From the NCBI GenBank assembly GCA_964391475.1, contig CAYMMF010000001.1:1-53851 (forward strand): a stretch of 53,851 nt of DNA. Reading direction: 5' to 3'. Made by a program: the position numbers and the translations under genes. Below, one piece after another: positions 10,278 to 20,410 of the stretch. A model generated the notes under the pieces. The model worked only from the letters and a program-made list of their open reading frames with translations. It made no database searches and was not told where the DNA came from. Every line of letters starts with the position of its first letter. The first letter of the stretch is position 1. The DNA is from an uncultured Propionibacteriaceae bacterium (GTDB lineage: Bacteria > Actinomycetota > Actinomycetes > Propionibacteriales > Propionibacteriaceae).

Positions 10278-11342
10278 ATGGCGGTTGCAGATCGCGAGAA
10301 GGCGTTGGAGGTCGCACTCGCCCAGATCGAGAAGGCACACGGCAAAGGGTCGGTAATGCGACTCGGGGAAGAGACCCGTCAGCCGATTGAGGTGATCCCA
10401 ACAGGTTCGGTCGCGCTTGATGTCGCCTTGGGTATCGGCGGTCTTCCTCGGGGGCGCGTGGTAGAGATTTACGGCCCAGAGTCCTCTGGAAAGACGACTG
10501 TGGCACTCCACGTGATCGCCAATGCTCAGAAGGCAGGGGGCATTTGCGCATTTATCGACGCTGAACACGCACTTGATCCGGACTACGCGGCGCGGCTCGG
10601 TGTCGACACCGACGCCTTGTTGGTTAGCCAACCCGACAACGGCGAACAAGCGCTAGAGATCGCAGACATGCTTGTTCGCTCGGGTGCCTTGACGCTGGTA
10701 GTGATCGACTCCGTAGCTGCGCTCACGCCCCGAGCAGAAATCGAAGGCGAAATGGGCGATAGCCACGTTGGCCTTCAAGCACGGTTGATGAGTCAGGCTC
10801 TTCGCAAGATGACCGGCGCGCTTGCAGGCGCTGGCACAACGGCCATTTTTATCAATCAACTTCGAGAAAAGATCGGGGTAATGTTCGGGTCCCCTGAGAC
10901 CACCACTGGCGGACGGGCTTTGAAGTTCTATTCGTCAGTTCGGCTAGACGTCCGTAGAATCGAAACCCTCAAAGACGGTGGCGAGATGGTGGGCAACCGC
11001 ACCAGGGTCAAGGTTGTGAAAAACAAGGTGGCGCCGCCGTTCAAGCAGGCCGAATTCGACATTCTGTACGGGCAGGGCATCTCGCGGGAGGGCTCGCTTA
11101 TTGACCTCGGAGTCGAGCATGGCTTCATCCGCAAGGCTGGCGCCTGGTTCACCTACGAGACTGACCAACTCGGGCAGGGTAAAGAGAACGCGCGTAACTA
11201 CTTGAAGAACAATCCAGCCGTGGCCTCAGAGATCGAACGCCGGATCCTTAGCAAACTTCGGATCGGTGAATACGCAGATCAGCCCGAAGAGTCTGCAGTG
11301 CCAGAAGGCATCGATCCGGTCACCGGCGAGGTGGTGTTCTAA
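10278..11342 (+). CDS. recA: recombinase RecA (no intein)
   Basis: [41 protein letters not shown]; start set at ATG 10278 after GGAAGG. Confidence 0.99.
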   Translation: MAVADREKALEVALAQIEKAHGKGSVMRLGEETRQPIEVIPTGSVALDVALGIGGLPRGRVVEIYGPESSGKTTVALHVIANAQKAGGICAFIDAEHALDPDYAARLGVDTDALLVSQPDNGEQALEIADMLVRSGALTLVVIDSVAALTPRAEIEGEMGDSHVGLQARLMSQALRKMTGALAGAGTTAIFINQLREKIGVMFGSPETTTGGRALKFYSSVRLDVRRIETLKDGGEMVGNRTRVKVVKNKVAPPFKQAEFDILYGQGISREGSLIDLGVEHGFIRKAGAWFTYETDQLGQGKENARNYLKNNPAVASEIERRILSKLRIGEYADQPEESAVPEGIDPVTGEVVF

Positions 11343-11345
11343 GGC

Positions 11346-11867
11346 ATGGGTCGTCGGGGTCGCGAGCAACCTGTCGAGCTTGCCGACGACCAACCAGCAG
11401 CAGACCCTGTGGTGGTCGCCCGAGAGATTGCTCTGAGACAACTGACGATCCGGGCGAGAACCCGGGCTGAACTTGAGACTGCAATGTCACGACGGGGGGT
11501 GCCCGATGAAGCCATGAAAGAGGTGCTCGACCGATTCGCAGAACTCGGGCTTGTCGATGACAAGTCGTTCTCGCAGCAGTGGGTTGAGGGTCAACAGCGG
11601 CGAATGCGGTCACGTACCGCTTTGCGTCATGAGCTCAGTAACAAGGGGGTGGATTCCGAAACCATAGACGAGGCCCTTCAAAGTGTTGATGATGCCGATG
11701 AATTCGCTGCGGCTTTGGCTTTCGCTAACAAGCGAGTGGCAGCCTCTTCTGGGCTCGACAGGAGTGTTCTGCGTAGGAGAGTGCTCGGCGGGTTGGCGCG
11801 TAGAGGGTTCTCTGGAGCTGTTGCGTATTCCGCCGTTGATCAGGCAATGGAGGAGCACTCCAACTGA
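11346..11867 (+). CDS. recX: regulatory protein RecX
   Basis: ALRQL..RARTRAEL, GLVDD, ELSNKGV, LARRGF three-helix repeats; directly after recA. Confidence 0.92.
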   Translation: MGRRGREQPVELADDQPAADPVVVAREIALRQLTIRARTRAELETAMSRRGVPDEAMKEVLDRFAELGLVDDKSFSQQWVEGQQRRMRSRTALRHELSNKGVDSETIDEALQSVDDADEFAAALAFANKRVAASSGLDRSVLRRRVLGGLARRGFSGAVAYSAVDQAMEEHSN

Positions 11868-11950
11868 TCGCGAACATTGTTCGGTGACCGGAACTAAGAA
11901 CAGCGTCAGGTTGGGTGGGCAGTGTTCTCGCGGGTAGAGTGACGGCCCGT

Positions 11951-13414
11951 ATGACTACTCAAGAACTCACCTACCAGGTCGTTACGTACGGCTGTCAAAT
12001 GAACGTACACGACTCCGAACGAATCGCGGGGCTCCTAGAAGCAGCAGGCTACATCAAGGCTTCAGAGGGCGACCAAGCCGATGTAGTCGTTTTTAACACC
12101 TGTGCGGTTCGTGAAAACGCCGATAACCGGCTTTACGGGAACCTCGGTCATCTAGCTCCAGTCAAGGCGAAACGACCAGGCATGCAGATTGCGGTTGGCG
12201 GTTGCATGGCGCAGAAGGATCGTGACGTCGTGATTCAAAAGGCGCCCTGGGTCGACGTGGTTTTCGGCACGCATAACATCGGCTCCCTGCCCGTCCTTTT
12301 GGAGCGCGCTCGGATTGAGAAGGAGTCCCAGGTAGAGATTGAGGAGGCGCTCGTCCGGTTCCCCTCCACACTTCCGACCAGGCGCGAGTCTGCTTACAGC
12401 GCGTGGGTGTCAGTCTCGGTCGGCTGCAACAACACCTGCACGTTCTGCATCGTCCCCCAGCTCAGGGGCAAAGAGCAGGATCGGAGCCCAGAAGACGTCC
12501 TGGCAGAGATCGAAATGCTGGTCGGCCAAGGCGTCCAAGAGATCACTTTGTTGGGGCAGAACGTCAACACCTACGGTGTCCAGTTCGGCGACCGGCTCGC
12601 GTTCAGCAAGCTTTTGCGGGCCTGCGGTGGTATCGAAGGGCTGCAGCGAGTGAGGTTCACGTCTCCGCATCCAGCTGCTTTCACGGACGACGTGATCGCT
12701 GCGATGGCAGAGACTCATAACGTCATGCCCAGCCTTCACATGCCGCTTCAATCTGGTTCCGACAAGGTGCTACGCGAAATGCGTCGCAGCTACCGAAGCG
12801 ATAAGTTCCTCGGAATCCTCGACAGGGTGCGTCAGGCAATCCCGGACGCTGCCATCACCACCGACATCATTGTTGGCTTCCCAGGGGAGACCGAACGAGA
12901 CTTCCAAGACACTCTCGATGTCGTGAGAGAGAGCCAATTCGCTGCGGCTTTCACCTTCTTGTACTCCATCCGTCCGGGCACTCCGGCGGCGACTATGTCG
13001 AACCAAGTTCCCAGGAAGGTAGTGCAAGACCGCTACGAGCGGTTGGTTGACCTAGTGGGTGAGATCACGTGGTACCAGAACCAGAAGCTGGTCGGAAAAA
13101 CCGTTGAAGTGATGTTCGCCGAGGGTGAGGGGCGCAAAGACGCCGCGACTCGTAGACTGTCTGGGCGTGCCAAAGACAACCGTCTGGTGCATGTTGCGGT
13201 TGGCGAGGATTCGAATCCACCTCGTCCAGGAGACGTTGCTGACGTCGAGATAACCTATGCGGCGCCCCACCATCTCAACGCGGATGCCGGTTTCACCTCA
13301 CTTCGCCGCACAGCAGGAGGCGATGCTTGGCAAGAATCGCAGCAATCCTCGACGTCTGGAAAGGCGGTTGGACTAGGAATGCCGATCCGGGCTCAACCGC
13401 CCATCAAAAGCTGA
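11951..13414 (+). CDS. miaB: tRNA-2-methylthio-N6-dimethylallyladenosine synthase
   Basis: [43 protein letters not shown] domain. Confidence 0.97.
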   Translation: MTTQELTYQVVTYGCQMNVHDSERIAGLLEAAGYIKASEGDQADVVVFNTCAVRENADNRLYGNLGHLAPVKAKRPGMQIAVGGCMAQKDRDVVIQKAPWVDVVFGTHNIGSLPVLLERARIEKESQVEIEEALVRFPSTLPTRRESAYSAWVSVSVGCNNTCTFCIVPQLRGKEQDRSPEDVLAEIEMLVGQGVQEITLLGQNVNTYGVQFGDRLAFSKLLRACGGIEGLQRVRFTSPHPAAFTDDVIAAMAETHNVMPSLHMPLQSGSDKVLREMRRSYRSDKFLGILDRVRQAIPDAAITTDIIVGFPGETERDFQDTLDVVRESQFAAAFTFLYSIRPGTPAATMSNQVPRKVVQDRYERLVDLVGEITWYQNQKLVGKTVEVMFAEGEGRKDAATRRLSGRAKDNRLVHVAVGEDSNPPRPGDVADVEITYAAPHHLNADAGFTSLRRTAGGDAWQESQQSSTSGKAVGLGMPIRAQPPIKS

Positions 13415-13621
13415 TCAGGCGTTCGGCTTGCCGATGTTGTCTTTAAGGAAGTCTTGAGCTTGGTCGACTTTGTCAGCGTACTTGTTAGCGGTGCGCTCAT
13501 CGACGAAGTCGCCGACCTTGTCGATGGCTTGCTCGATTTGTTCCTCGTGCTCGGCGAGAACGTCCTTGGCCTTGTTGGCAGCCTCAGCCGCCGCGTCTTG
13601 AATCTTGTCGAAGATTGCCAT
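13415..13621 (-). CDS. MT0933/Rv0909-like 'antitoxin' family small acidic protein
   Basis: IDKVGDFVDERTANKYADKVD signature; AAGGAG RBS before ATG 13621. Confidence 0.82.
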   Translation of the reverse strand: MAIFDKIQDAAAEAANKAKDVLAEHEEQIEQAIDKVGDFVDERTANKYADKVDQAQDFLKDNIGKPNA

Positions 13622-13796
13622 ATTCACTCCTTCTTCCGCGGGCCGAACCAGTCGGATCCCAACGTCGCGGTGTGACTACTTTCGCACCGGTAAAGCATTA
13701 AACTACATCCCCGCTCGAGGTCGCCGCTAATCATCCGTGACCGTGAGGTGACTTCTCCTGAGGTGCCTTTGCTATGAGTGCTGCACAATGGGTCGG

Positions 13797-14717
13797 GTGA
13801 CAATCCTTGCTATCAATGGTCCGACAGCCAGCGGGAAGTCAGGCGTGGCTGTTGAAGTGGCGTTGCGGCTGATAGCGAGCGGCCATTCGACTGAGATCAT
13901 CAACGCCGACTCGATGCTGGTGTACAAAGGAATGGACATCGGGACAGCAAAGCCGTCGATGGCGCAGCGCCGTGGTGTTGAGCATCACCTGGTCGACATC
14001 TGGGAGATTACCGAGCAAGCCTCAGTCGCTGAACTTCAGCGGCTGGCACGCGCCGCGATAGCCGAGTGCCAAGAACGGGGTGTAATCCCGGTAGTGGTTG
14101 GTGGATCCGCGCTCTATATGCGAGCGATTCTCGACGTGTTTGAGTTTCCGGCGACCGACGCATATGTTCGAGCCAAGTGGGATGCCGAGCTGGAAAGGCT
14201 GGGGTCACAGACGCTTCATGATTTTTTGGCCCAGGTTGCACCTGATGTTGCGTCCGGCATTTTGCCCGGGAACGGACGCCGGATCGTCCGCGCTCTGGAA
14301 GTCATCGAACTCACCGGCTCATTCGCCCCGACCCTGCCGAGTTGGACGTACGCACTGGAGGGGGTTGTCGCTTGGGGGCTGGAGCTCCCACGTTCGGAAA
14401 TGGATGCCAGGATCGACGCCAGGGTGGATCAAATGTGGGATTTGGGGTTCGTCGCCGAGGTTCGCCATTTGGCAGAGCATGGTCTGCGCGACGGCAAGAC
14501 CGCGTCGATGGCGTTGGGTTATCGCCAGATACTTCAACACCTTGCCGGTGAGTTGACCGACGACGAGGCGAGGGATGCCACCAAGAGGGCCACTCGCAGA
14601 TTCGCACGCAAGCAACTCGCATGGTTTCGCAGGGACGCCAGGATCAAGTGGCGGCCTGCAGGTTCGGCCACCCTCGTCGATGAGATCACCGCCGACGTGC
14701 TCGCTGCGGTCCCTTAG
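13797..14717 (+). CDS. miaA: tRNA dimethylallyltransferase
   Basis: GPTASGKS, NADSMLVYKGMDIGTAKP, VGGSALY, FARKQLAWF; GTG start seven nt after CACAAT (ATG 13788 is the alternative). Confidence 0.96.
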   Translation: MTILAINGPTASGKSGVAVEVALRLIASGHSTEIINADSMLVYKGMDIGTAKPSMAQRRGVEHHLVDIWEITEQASVAELQRLARAAIAECQERGVIPVVVGGSALYMRAILDVFEFPATDAYVRAKWDAELERLGSQTLHDFLAQVAPDVASGILPGNGRRIVRALEVIELTGSFAPTLPSWTYALEGVVAWGLELPRSEMDARIDARVDQMWDLGFVAEVRHLAEHGLRDGKTASMALGYRQILQHLAGELTDDEARDATKRATRRFARKQLAWFRRDARIKWRPAGSATLVDEITADVLAAVP

Positions 14718-14741
14718 GCGCCGCGTGGGAGAATAGGAGAT

Positions 14742-15572
14742 GTGTTGGAGTTTGCCAAAGGGCACGGAACCCTTAACGATTTTGTGTTGGTAACCGACGC
14801 CGATGGGTCTGCGGAGCCGTCGGTGGAGTTGGTGCGCTTCTTGTGTGATCGCAGAGCTGGCATCGGGGGTGACGGGTTCATTCGTGCGGTTCCCGCCAGG
14901 TTCGTCCCAACGTGGACGGGTGAGCAGGACGTCTGGTTCATGGATTACCGAAACGCCGATGGCTCAAAGGCTGAAATGTGCGGCAACGGGCTGAGGGTCT
15001 TCGCGAAGTACCTTGTTGAAGAGGCGCTGGTCCCCACCCAAGAGACGACGCTGAGAGTTGCGACTCGCGCAGGGCTCAAGACCGCCACACTCCTCGATGA
15101 CGGTCGGGTCCGGTTGGGGATGGGCCCTGTCGTTTTGGCGGACGCCTCAACGACGGTTTCGCTCGGTTTGAGATCCTGGTCTGCAGCTAACGTCGACGTC
15201 GGCAACCCGCACGCGGTCGTCCACCTGGATCCGGACGTGGATCTTGACCAGATTGATCTGCGAAATCCTCCAGGGGTTTCCGTCGAAACGTATCCAAACG
15301 GCGTGAATGTGGAAGTGGTCGTGCCGCTTGGTGAAAACGCGGTGCGGATGCGCGTCCATGAGCGAGGGGTAGGAGAAACGCCGTCGTGCGGCACAGGTAC
15401 GGTTGCGGCGGCTGCGGCGGACGCGAGAAGGCTTGGGCTGACATCTGGAACTTGGCGGGTGCTGGTTCCCGGCGGCGAGGTTGATGTGGAACTTCGTGAC
15501 GGCCAGGCTTGGCTGAGCGGTCCGGCAGAAATCGTGGCAAGAGGCGTCGTGCGCCTCCCCGGGGAAGAGTGA
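14742..15572 (+). CDS. dapF: diaminopimelate epimerase
   Basis: [39 protein letters not shown]. Confidence 0.96.
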   Translation: MLEFAKGHGTLNDFVLVTDADGSAEPSVELVRFLCDRRAGIGGDGFIRAVPARFVPTWTGEQDVWFMDYRNADGSKAEMCGNGLRVFAKYLVEEALVPTQETTLRVATRAGLKTATLLDDGRVRLGMGPVVLADASTTVSLGLRSWSAANVDVGNPHAVVHLDPDVDLDQIDLRNPPGVSVETYPNGVNVEVVVPLGENAVRMRVHERGVGETPSCGTGTVAAAAADARRLGLTSGTWRVLVPGGEVDVELRDGQAWLSGPAEIVARGVVRLPGEE

Positions 15573-16993
15573 GCGACATGAGCGATGAACTGACTTTCGA
15601 TAACTCGAACGACCCAGAGGTGATCGAGTTCGACGGCGACCAACTGGAGTTGGCTGAGCGGCTCTCACTGAAACGGATCCCAGGAATGTCTACCCAGCTT
15701 GAGGACATCTCCGAGGTTGAGTACCGCGAACTGCAACTCGAACGGGTTGTTCTGGTGAGTGTGTGGACGACGGGGTCCGCGGTAGACGCCGAGAACTCGA
15801 TGACCGAACTGAGGCTCTTGGCTGAAACCGCTGGTGCCCAGGTGCTAGATGGAGTGGTGCAACGCCGCCACAACCCTGATCCGGCAACGTTCATTGGCCG
15901 TGGCAAAGTCGACGAGCTCAGAGAACTTGTGATCGCCACCGGCGCAGACACTGTGATCTGCGATGGCGAACTTGAACCCGCCCAGCTTCGAAACCTGGAA
16001 GATCGGGTTCGAGTCAAGGTCATCGACCGCACCGCCTTGATTCTGGACATTTTTGCGTCGCACGCCAAGTCAGCCGAGGGCAAGGCTCAGGTCGAATTGG
16101 CTCAACTGCAGTACCTTCGGCAACGGCTCCGAGGGTGGGGCGGCCAACTGTCACGCCAGGCTGGCGGTCGAGTTTCCGGTGGCGCTGGTATTGGCGGACG
16201 CGGCCCCGGTGAAACCAAAATCGAAACCGATAGGCGGCGGATCAAAACTCGCATCACGGCGCTCCGCCGCCGCTTGCGTCAGATGGAGTCAGTTCGGGGA
16301 ACGAAGCGATCGCAGAGGCAACGCCATCAGATTCCTTCGGTCGCCATCGTGGGGTACACGAATGCCGGTAAGTCGTCGCTGCTCAACCGGCTGACGGGCG
16401 CCGGGGTGTTGGTAGAGGACGCCTTGTTTGCCACCCTTGATCCGACTACGCGCAAGACAACAACTGAAGACGGCAGAATCTTCACGCTCACCGACACCGT
16501 CGGATTCGTGCGTCACCTGCCTCACGATCTTGTTGAGGCGTTCAGATCAACCCTTGAGGAGTCCGTCGAAGCCGATTTACTTCTTCACATTGTGGACGCT
16601 GCGGACGCCGACCCCGAAGGCCAGATCCGTGCGGTACGTGCTGTTTTGGACGACATCGGGGCAGCCGATGTGCCAGAACAACTAGTGTTCAACAAGATTG
16701 ACCTCACCGATGAAGCATCCCTAACACCGTTGCGGACGATTTCGCCGGACGCCGTGTTCATTTCTGCAAAGACCGGTCAGGGAGTCGACGAGTTAGTCAA
16801 GCGGATCGAACAGCGGCTTCCTCGTCCTAGCGTGCAACTGAAAGCTCTCGTCCCGTATACGCGTGGCGATCTGATCAACCGGATCCATCAAAGCGGCGAG
16901 TTCCTTTCGAGTGAGCACACCGGTGAAGGGACGTTGGTGAGCGTCCGGGTTCATCCAGACCTAGCCGGTGAGCTGGATCAGTACGTGGTGTAA
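15569..16993 (+). CDS. hflX: GTPase HflX
   Basis: [35 protein letters not shown]; GTGA overlap with dapF (ATG 15578 is the alternative). Confidence 0.96.
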   Translation: MSDMSDELTFDNSNDPEVIEFDGDQLELAERLSLKRIPGMSTQLEDISEVEYRELQLERVVLVSVWTTGSAVDAENSMTELRLLAETAGAQVLDGVVQRRHNPDPATFIGRGKVDELRELVIATGADTVICDGELEPAQLRNLEDRVRVKVIDRTALILDIFASHAKSAEGKAQVELAQLQYLRQRLRGWGGQLSRQAGGRVSGGAGIGGRGPGETKIETDRRRIKTRITALRRRLRQMESVRGTKRSQRQRHQIPSVAIVGYTNAGKSSLLNRLTGAGVLVEDALFATLDPTTRKTTTEDGRIFTLTDTVGFVRHLPHDLVEAFRSTLEESVEADLLLHIVDAADADPEGQIRAVRAVLDDIGAADVPEQLVFNKIDLTDEASLTPLRTISPDAVFISAKTGQGVDELVKRIEQRLPRPSVQLKALVPYTRGDLINRIHQSGEFLSSEHTGEGTLVSVRVHPDLAGELDQYVV

Positions 16994-17087
16994 GGGTGCG
17001 AAGAACAATCGGATTGTTGTCTCCTTCGTGTCTTTCGCAGAAGTGGAACGCCAAGGGGGCACAGTGTCGTTGAAGTACGGTGTTTGA

Positions 17088-19109
17088 GTGCCCTCGAATG
17101 CCGCGCGTATCCTCTCAGCCGCTGTAGCGGCCATCGGAGGCGAGCCCAGAGTTGGGCAGGTCCAAATGGTGGAGGCTGTCGAACGAGCCTTCGAGGCTAA
17201 AGAACACCTCCTGGTTCAAGCGGGCACAGGCACCGGCAAATCGCTGGGGTATCTCGTACCGGCACTCGACTTTCTAAGGTCTAATCCGGAGTCGCGGGTG
17301 ATGATCGCGACTGCAACGCTTTCCCTTCAGGCACAGTTGGCAAGCAGCGACATCCCCACCGCGGTCGAAGCGTCGGAGCAGGTGACAGGTAACCCGGTCA
17401 AGCACGCAATCCTCAAAGGTCGTACCAACTATGCCTGCCTGTATCGAGTGCGAGAATCCACCGGCGGTGAGCAGGACACGTTGCTGGGGGGTGAGCAACT
17501 GGCGGCGACTTTGAAAGCTACCTCAGCTGATCCGGTTTCGGTGTTGGGTGCGGAGGTTCTTGCACTGCGGGAGTGGGCTGAGGCTGAGGCGGCCGATGGG
17601 GGAGTGGGCGACCGCGATGATGCCCCACCCCACACAGCCGCGGCGTGGGCTCAGGTGTCGGTCCCAACTCGGGAGTGCTTGGGGGTCGCTGACTGCTCGT
17701 TCGGTTTGGAGTGCCTAGTCGAACGTTCGCGGGATCGCGCGAGGGCAGCCAATTTGGTTGTGACGAATCATGCGCTCGTTGCAATCGATGCGATGCATGG
17801 CGGCACGGCGTTACCAGAACACGACTTGCTGGTGATTGATGAAGCTCACGAGTTGGTGCAACGGGTTACCGGTGCTGCCTCGCACGAGTTGAGCGCGCAA
17901 CAGGTGGAACGGGTAGCCAAGAGGTGCTTGCCCTACTTGTCGGACGACCTGGCGTTGGAGTTCTTGGAGCAGTCTGACGCTTTGCAGCTTGCCCTCGACG
18001 AGACCGTGGTGGGACGAGTGGAGGACTCCGATTCCGCTATCGGACTCGCTCTTGGGCGAATCCGAGACGTGGCGCGAGCGGTTGTGTCTGCAATGGGGGG
18101 CGACCAAGCAGCCGAAGTTCAGGCCCGAGCCGCAGCGAAAGAAATCTTCGATGTGGCAACTGCGATGGCCGCGATGAAACGCACAGACGTGCTGTACGTC
18201 AGCGAACGGGAGCGTTTCGGACGGTGGCTGGTCTTGTCCCCGTTGGAGGTCGCGTCGCTGATACGCGAGTCCATTTTCTTGACCACCCCTACAGTGCTCA
18301 CCTCAGCCACGCTCAAACTGGGTGGTGGATTCGAGTCGATCGCCGCCCAAGTTGGTTTGCATCGCAGCGAGCAGGTGTCGGATCAATCGGCGTCCGAGCC
18401 TGACGACAACGCGGACGCCCCAGAGAATCCGGCCCCTTGGCGCGCCCTGGACGTCGGCTCCCCCTTTGATTACACCCGCCAGGGCATCCTCTATGTGGCT
18501 AAGCATTTGCCGAAACCGGGACGCGATGGCATCACCGATGAAGTACTGGCCGAGGTCGCTGAACTGGTTTGGGCAGCCGGTGGCCGCACGCTCGGGCTGT
18601 TTGCATCGCAGCGTAACGCCGAGACCGCCGCCAGCTGGTGCCGTGCGGAACTGCCGGAACACAAAATATTGTGCCAAGGGGATGCGCAGTTACCTGAACT
18701 GATGGGGCAGTTCATCGCAGAACCAACCACCAGCTTGTTCGGCACACTCTCTCTTTGGCAGGGAATCGACGTCCCAGGTGACACCTGCACGCTGGTGATC
18801 ATCGACAAGATCCCGTTCCCCCGCCCCGATGATCCGTTGCTGCAGGCCAGGCAGCGTGTCATCAGTGAAGCTGGCGGCAATGGTTTCATGGCCGTAGCTG
18901 CGACCCACGCGGCTCTGTTGCTGGCTCAAGGTTCTGGTCGGCTCATCCGGCGCATCTCAGACCGGGGTGTTGTCGCGGTATTGGATCCCAGGTTGAGGAC
19001 AGCGCGGTACGGGTCGTTCCTGAGGTCGTCAATGCCTTCGTTTTGGACGACGACGGATCGTGAGGTGGCTATCGGTGCGTTGCGTCGTCTCGACAGCAAC
19101 GTCGACTAG
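17088..19109 (+). CDS. dinG: DinG/XPD-family ATP-dependent DNA helicase (Fe-S)
   Basis: Q motif RVGQ, AGTGTGKS, KGRTNYAC plus three further Cys, DEAH, QGSGRLIR; TACGGT -10 six nt before GTG. Confidence 0.93.
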   Translation: MPSNAARILSAAVAAIGGEPRVGQVQMVEAVERAFEAKEHLLVQAGTGTGKSLGYLVPALDFLRSNPESRVMIATATLSLQAQLASSDIPTAVEASEQVTGNPVKHAILKGRTNYACLYRVRESTGGEQDTLLGGEQLAATLKATSADPVSVLGAEVLALREWAEAEAADGGVGDRDDAPPHTAAAWAQVSVPTRECLGVADCSFGLECLVERSRDRARAANLVVTNHALVAIDAMHGGTALPEHDLLVIDEAHELVQRVTGAASHELSAQQVERVAKRCLPYLSDDLALEFLEQSDALQLALDETVVGRVEDSDSAIGLALGRIRDVARAVVSAMGGDQAAEVQARAAAKEIFDVATAMAAMKRTDVLYVSERERFGRWLVLSPLEVASLIRESIFLTTPTVLTSATLKLGGGFESIAAQVGLHRSEQVSDQSASEPDDNADAPENPAPWRALDVGSPFDYTRQGILYVAKHLPKPGRDGITDEVLAEVAELVWAAGGRTLGLFASQRNAETAASWCRAELPEHKILCQGDAQLPELMGQFIAEPTTSLFGTLSLWQGIDVPGDTCTLVIIDKIPFPRPDDPLLQARQRVISEAGGNGFMAVAATHAALLLAQGSGRLIRRISDRGVVAVLDPRLRTARYGSFLRSSMPSFWTTTDREVAIGALRRLDSNVD

Positions 19110-20275
19110 GCCTGCGCTTGGAATGCTCGATCGAGGCCTTCGGTCAGCACGGCGACCAGGTCGGCTGAACGTTCAATCCCAACTGAGAGACGAACTAGCC
19201 CTTCACCGATTCCTGCCACCTCGAGCGCTTCTGCAGTCATCGAGGCGTGCGTCATGGTCGCCGGGTGGCAGACCAACGACTCGGTACCGCCAAGGGATTC
19301 GGCGAGACTGAAGATTTGCAAACCCGAAAGGAAGGCTCTCACCGCGGCGAGTCCACCAGCCAGGTCAAACGAGACCATCGCGCCGAATCCGTTCTGCTGG
19401 CTGGCAGCTAGCTCAAAACCGGGATGTGTTTTCAAGCCCGGCCAGTAGACGGTTTGGACTGCTGGATGGTCGACGAGTAGGTCCACGACCGTGTTGGCGT
19501 TCTCCTGATGGATGCGAAGCCGAGCTTCGAGAGTTCGCAGGCCCCGCAAAGTCAGGTAGGAATCAAATGGAGACCCGGTCACCCCGATCACGTTGCTCCA
19601 AGCGGAGAGTTGTTCGGCGATCTCAGGATCAGCGGCGACGATTGCACCTCCGACAACGTCGGAGTGGCCGTTGATGTATTTCGTTGTGGAGTGGACGACT
19701 ATGTCGCACCCCAACGCGAGAGGCTGTTGACCCAGGGGGCTGCAGAAGGTGTTGTCAGCGGCAACGAGGGAGCCGGAGGCATGGGCAAGAGATACCACTG
19801 CTTTGATGTCTGTGATGCGCAGCAGAGGATTGGAAGGCGTCTCGATCCAGACGAGACGAGGTGAACGACGCAGTGCGGTTGCGAGGGCGTCCAGATCAGT
19901 CATGTCGACGGTGGTGAGCCTGAGCAGGCCTTGCTCGGCGAACTGGGTGAACAACCTCCAGGTGCCGCCATAACAGTCGTGGGGGATCAGGACGCTGTCG
20001 CCGGGACGAACTAACGCGGTCACGACTGCCGTTATCGCAGCCAACCCCGAGGACGTGATGACCGCGCCGCTCCCCATCTCAAGTTCGGCGACCGCATTTG
20101 CTAGTAGATCACGAGTCGGGTTGCCGGAGCGGGAGTAGTCGTACTGCCGGGGCTCACCTAGGCCACTGAACGTGAAGTTGGACGACAGGTAGATGGGTGG
20201 GACGACCGCGCCGTGGGCGGAATCGCTCTCAAGACCGCTGCGAAGTGCACGAGTCACGTTCGAGATGTTGTTCAC
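19106..20275 (-). CDS. metB: cystathionine gamma-synthase/lyase (Cys/Met metabolism PLP enzyme)
   Basis: YSRSGNPTR, ETPSNP, DNTF, HSTTKYINGHSDV (PLP lysine), AESLGG, RLSVGIE; GTG start after GGAGG. Confidence 0.9.
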   Translation of the reverse strand: MNNISNVTRALRSGLESDSAHGAVVPPIYLSSNFTFSGLGEPRQYDYSRSGNPTRDLLANAVAELEMGSGAVITSSGLAAITAVVTALVRPGDSVLIPHDCYGGTWRLFTQFAEQGLLRLTTVDMTDLDALATALRRSPRLVWIETPSNPLLRITDIKAVVSLAHASGSLVAADNTFCSPLGQQPLALGCDIVVHSTTKYINGHSDVVGGAIVAADPEIAEQLSAWSNVIGVTGSPFDSYLTLRGLRTLEARLRIHQENANTVVDLLVDHPAVQTVYWPGLKTHPGFELAASQQNGFGAMVSFDLAGGLAAVRAFLSGLQIFSLAESLGGTESLVCHPATMTHASMTAEALEVAGIGEGLVRLSVGIERSADLVAVLTEGLDRAFQAQA

Positions 20276-20305
20276 GGATCCTCCCAAGTGCCGAATGTGG
20301 GCATA

Positions 20306-20328
20306 ACGTTAGCTGCCTGCACCGACAT
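20306..20328 (-). promoter_or_regulatory. RecA-NDp / PafBC-type promoter facing metB
   Basis: Minus strand ATGTCGGTG-CAGGCAGC-TAACGT, 30 nt upstream of the metB start. Confidence 0.65.
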
Positions 20329-20410
20329 CTGGCTCAAACATCCGTCTCACACGGGTGCGGGCGTGCTTTCGAATCCGGTTTACCAGTGCGCTGATAAGTG
20401 GATACCTTAA

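Noticed and set aside
11871-11883. CGAAC-ATT-GTTCG palindrome between recX and miaB, resembling an SOS box
   Set aside because: The spacer is 3 nt, and LexA requires GAAC-N4-GTTC; more likely a small hairpin or chance
13696-13714. Minus-strand GCGGGGATGTAGTTTAATG resembling a tRNA-Gly 5' end
   Set aside because: No D-loop GG, anticodon arm or T-arm follows; TAGTTT is better explained as a -10 element
20272-20328. 18-codon ORF MSVQAANVMPTFGTWEDP overlapping the metB start (GTGA)
   Set aside because: No SD, no Met/Cys run typical of an attenuator, and it starts inside the predicted promoter
20290-20410. Possible SAM riboswitch or MetJ boxes upstream of metB (GGATGTTT, AGATGTCG)
   Set aside because: No SAM-I or SAM-IV core motifs are visible; the 8-mers are not in tandem register, and MetJ is not expected in actinobacteria
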